A stretch of DNA of 63,984 nucleotides, the filler included, from Octopus bimaculoides (Eukaryota), in the NCBI RefSeq assembly GCF_001194135.2. It is 8 parts of 7 records of this genome, joined end to end, with 100 filler letters (N's around TTAATTAATTAA, not from the genome) between each part and the next. Parts side by side here need not be neighbours in the genome. Positions count along the whole stretch, not along the records: positions 54,536 to 63,984 come from NC_068983.1; 7 more parts are not named here. One strand, written 5' to 3'. The first letter of the stretch is position 1. Each line of letters starts with the position of its first letter. This document shows, in pieces, positions 60,526 through 63,984 of this stretch. The notes below the pieces were generated by a model. That model saw only the letters and a program-made list of their open reading frames with translations, did no database searches and was not told the origin of the DNA. Made by a program: the position numbers and the translations under genes.

Positions 60526-61639
60526 TAGACTAACCTATCCTGGAATCACTGAGCGGTAACTGTCAACGTGGGGGTCCGAATGAGGTCGATAGGGTTTATA
60601 GAATACGGTGGGGAAGTGGATGAATGCTGTAGTGAAGAAGTATGATGTGTGAGAAGGAAGCAGTAGTACATTAAGAAACTCAGCCAGCCTCAACTGACTT
60701 CGGTTATAAACCGGTTTATAGTAATGTTTGAAAGAAAAATATTGAATCATCCTGTATCTTGTTAAAGATTTGAAATAAGTTTAACACAGAATAAATAGAT
60801 AATTATTTAAAAATATGCAATGATTATAAAAGTACAATTAAAAATCATGAAAACAGAAAAACACGAAACCTCATTAACTTTGAGTGGAAATTGAAAGGTT
60901 CATCCACACTCACGGCGGGCTGAGTACTTGTTCGTACTGAGACAAATTCATCGGACAGGGAGATACACACTTTTGTAATACACCACTGCCATCTCTTCAT
61001 ATTTTATGCTATTTATTTTTTCTTAGACTACACTGGAAGTGAAAGTTTTCGGAGAAAACAACGCTCGCAAAACAACTTCCAAACCTATTCACGTTTACGC
61101 TCGGCAAAATCTGTATTTGTTTGTGAGTGCTACTGCTGCTGTTGTTATTTGCGTTTTCGCTTTCGCTTCGAAAGCTTAAGTCAATACCATCAGCGTTATT
61201 TGTCATGATGTTATTAATTTTTCTCCGAGATTTTTTCGATGCTGTTAGCTTTATTTTATTTCATTTATTTTTTTGTCGCCCCCACCGCTTTTTCAGCTTG
61301 TGTTAATATTTTGTTTTTCGCCAATGTTGAAATGTTTGTCGAGGGCAGGTGTATTTCTTTATCTTGGTGCTATCACCAATGTGGAGAGCACCTCTACCCG
61401 CTGCCAAAATTCGAGGGGTAATACTGAATTCTGACTAAGCAAATAATAATAAATAAACAAATAAATAAACATGAAACAAATATTTTCGAAAACGTTTTTA
61501 ATACCCAAACATAGCAGGAAAAAAACATTGAAGACAATCTTCTTATTTCTATATGTAATTTGTTCTGCGAGACACGATGCATAAATACTTATTCATCAAA
61601 TATTTGGAAAAATAACAAAGGAATGTAATCCAAAACATG

Positions 61640-61830
61640 CCAGGACAGGATCGTTAGTGCGTCAGAAGAAACACTTAGAGGCATTTCTGTTGTTTTTTTT
61701 AACATTCTCAGTTCAACTTTGCCTTTCACATTTTCAGGGTCGATAAAATGAGTATCAGCTGGGTACTGGGTCGATGTAATTGACTGTCCTACAAATAGTA
61801 GGCCTTGTGCCAAAATTTGAAATTAATATC
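61640..61830 (+). mobile_element. S2 SINE, diverged, tail type b
   Basis: ACTTTGCCTTTCACATTTTCAGGGTCGATAAAATGAGTATCAG...GGCCTTGTGCCAAAATTTGAAA. Confidence 0.75.
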
Positions 61831-62210
61831 AATATTATTGACAATACTGAACGCCAGTCAAAAGTAGTTGTTTTGTGGTTCAAATCCTGCCGAGACTGAT
61901 TACACCTTTTATTCTTTCAAAGGGGATAATATGAGCCCCAGTTGTTGTTTTTTGGTTTTGTTTTTAATTCCTAGATCAACGTTTAATCGAGCGGACCAAT
62001 AATCAAAGATGCTCTATCTGGCATCCTGATTTTTTTCTATTTTCGTGTATTGGGAACTACGTTGTCCTGTGTGTCCTTCATTTTTCAAGGTGGTAGAGTA
62101 AGATTCGATGGCCACTTTTAGTAGGCCAACTAATCACGCAGAGTAGTGAACGAAGTAGCATCTGCGGAGAAGTCCCTACTCGCTAGAAATAGGAGTCAAC
62201 TCTCGCTTAA

Positions 62211-62241
<31 letters not shown>

Positions 62242-62251
62242 NNNNNNNNNN

Positions 62252-63511
62252 TTAGGTTGTTCCGAAAATAATGACTGCTCAAAGTGTTGTGTTCTGAAAC
62301 GCAATTTTATCATAGTATTTTAATTATATTTTAGGTGAATTTCGCCATACTTAATAATTGATGTATGCTCTTTAATAATTTTCTACTTATTTCAACAGAA
62401 AGCATTCTTGATGTATAGGCGCCCTTAATTATGAACATGACAAAAAAGTACATTCGCTTACTTTTTTTGCATGAAGTCTAGCTTGGGCACAATGCCTCCC
62501 AAACTGCTGCCAATATCAACAGAGCATGGGAAGAGAGGTCCACAAATTATCGCAGAGTATGAAGGTTGTTTCAGAAATTCTGTAGATGAAGAAAGTAGAG
62601 AACGGTGATGCAGTCTTGACAATGAACAATTGAAAGTAATTGTTGAATAAAAACCGACGTCAAAGTGTCAGAGAAATGTACCAGGCATTTGGTTTCGGTG
62701 TTGCAACGGTCTCACGTAATCTGCAGAAAATTGGTAAGGTGAAAACGCTCGATAAATGGGTACTGCATGAGCTGATTGAAAATCGAAAAAGTTCGGTGTT
62801 TTGAAGTGTGCTCAATGCTCTTTCTGCGAAACACCAATTATCCTTATTTTGACAGAATAGTCACTTGTGACGAAAAGTGGATCCTTTATGATAACCGTAA
62901 ACGATCAGGTCAATGGCTTGATCATGATGAGTCCCCCCAAACATTTCCCAAAGCCAAAGTTGCATCAGCAAAAGATTATGGTAGCTATCTGGTGGTCTGC
63001 AATTGGTGTTGTCCATTACAGCTTTCTGGAAGCCAATCAGAGCATTAGAGCAGAGGTTTACTGCAATCAACTCGCTGAAATCCATGCTCAGTTGGAAAAA
63101 AATGAATCATTGGTGAATCGGCGTGGCTCAATTCTGTTCCACAATAATGCAAAGCTACATATTGCAAGAATGACGCCTCAGAAACTCAGACTTGGGATAC
63201 AAGACTTTACCACATCCTCCATATTCTCCTGATCTTTCACCCACTGACTACCATTTTTTAAAGCATTTAAACTCATTTTTAAGTGATAAAACTTTCAGAT
63301 CCAAACCAGAGGTGGAATCAGCTTTCAGAGATTTCTTAGCATCAAAGCCAATAAGTTTTTATTGAACGAATTATAAATAATCTCGTTGATCGATGTCAAA
63401 GATGCATATATGTTCGCGGCTCATACTTTGGCTAATCAAAACACTTCTATTGTTAATTTTTACCGAATAAAATTGTTTCTGAAATCGGCCATTATTTTCG
63501 GAACAACCTGA
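62252..63511 (+). mobile_element. Full-length (~1.26 kb) mariner transposon inserted in (TA)n
   Basis: TIRs TTAGGTTGTTCCGAAAATAATG (62252-) and CATTATTTTCGGAACAACCTGA (-63511), followed by TA. Confidence 0.93.
62431..63435 (+). pseudogene. Dead mariner (D,D34D) transposase
   Basis: Motifs WVLHEL (for WVPHEL), DRIVTCDEKWILYDN, KIMVAIWWS, FHNNAKLH (second catalytic D changed to N), HPPYSPDLSPTDYHFF and GSYFG*. Multiple stops and frameshifts. Confidence 0.92.
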
Positions 63512-63984
63512 TATATATATATATATATATGCATATATACGTACAGGTATGTGCGTACCGACATCCACCTGTATGTATAGGTGCATATCTGGGTACAGGA
63601 CATTGCAAACAAAACGTAGACGAGAAAACACACAAGCCACATAGAGAACATTCTTCTTCATCAGCTACCTCCGTTTTAACATCGGCGTTTCGAAGAGCTG
63701 AGCAGGACGCATCTCTAAAACGGCTCTTCCCATGGACCGCAAATTAAATTTGTATACACAAATTAAACCTTGCCATGGAGGAATGTAGTGGCGGACAAAA
63801 AAACAAGACAGGAAAACAAACAGAAAAGGCTATACGGCCAGACGGGAAAAATTATGTGTATGAACGCTGTGAGGCACGAACTTGAAAGTGGGGACGAAGT
63901 AAGTTCGCGTGTTTGCTCGGCGATAGCCAAGGAAGAAAAGGATTATTGACCGGAAGCATGTGACCATGCCGGTGTAAGGGGAAG

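Noticed and set aside
1-63984. CRISPR array, rRNA genes, and long ORFs made of X or YI/HT/CV/RSFV repeats
   Set aside because: No repeat-spacer array or rRNA similarity was seen; the long ORFs are N-gap or microsatellite artefacts.

Overview
Repeat-rich, gap-riddled eukaryotic DNA. The SINE families and the dense di/tri/tetranucleotide microsatellites suggest an octopus (coleoid cephalopod) draft assembly; the organism call is inference. Most ORFs in the supplied track are artefacts of N-gaps or microsatellites. Four things are well supported. (1) One host gene fragment on the + strand: a >1.2-kb exon (38730-39941) encoding ten complete and one partial ~37-aa six-cysteine modules (half-VWC / pacifastin-like), spliced to a short last exon (40614-) with an AATAAA. 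It carries an in-frame TGA exactly where a conserved Cys should be, yet the frame continues intact for about 100 more codons. (2) An ~8-kb head-to-tail array (42674-50640, - strand) of short non-LTR elements encoding only an ORF1/Gag-like protein (SYAA N-terminus, RRM-like region, CCHC knuckle), with no RT or endonuclease. The units belong to several diverged subfamilies and are separated by a recurring TCAACT(ACTA) junction motif. They appear to start at TTG, have lost the zinc knuckle at least three times independently, and share their last ~55 nt with a tRNA-derived SINE family in this same window. This array is the best candidate for an undescribed system. (3) Many SINE copies plus dead LINE (RTE, R4/Dong-type), Gypsy and mariner remnants, and at least two MITEs. 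(4) A CpG-rich (AACG/TACG)n satellite with higher-order structure. I saw no CRISPR array, rRNA gene or convincing functional tRNA gene. All alignments were done by eye; no database was searched.
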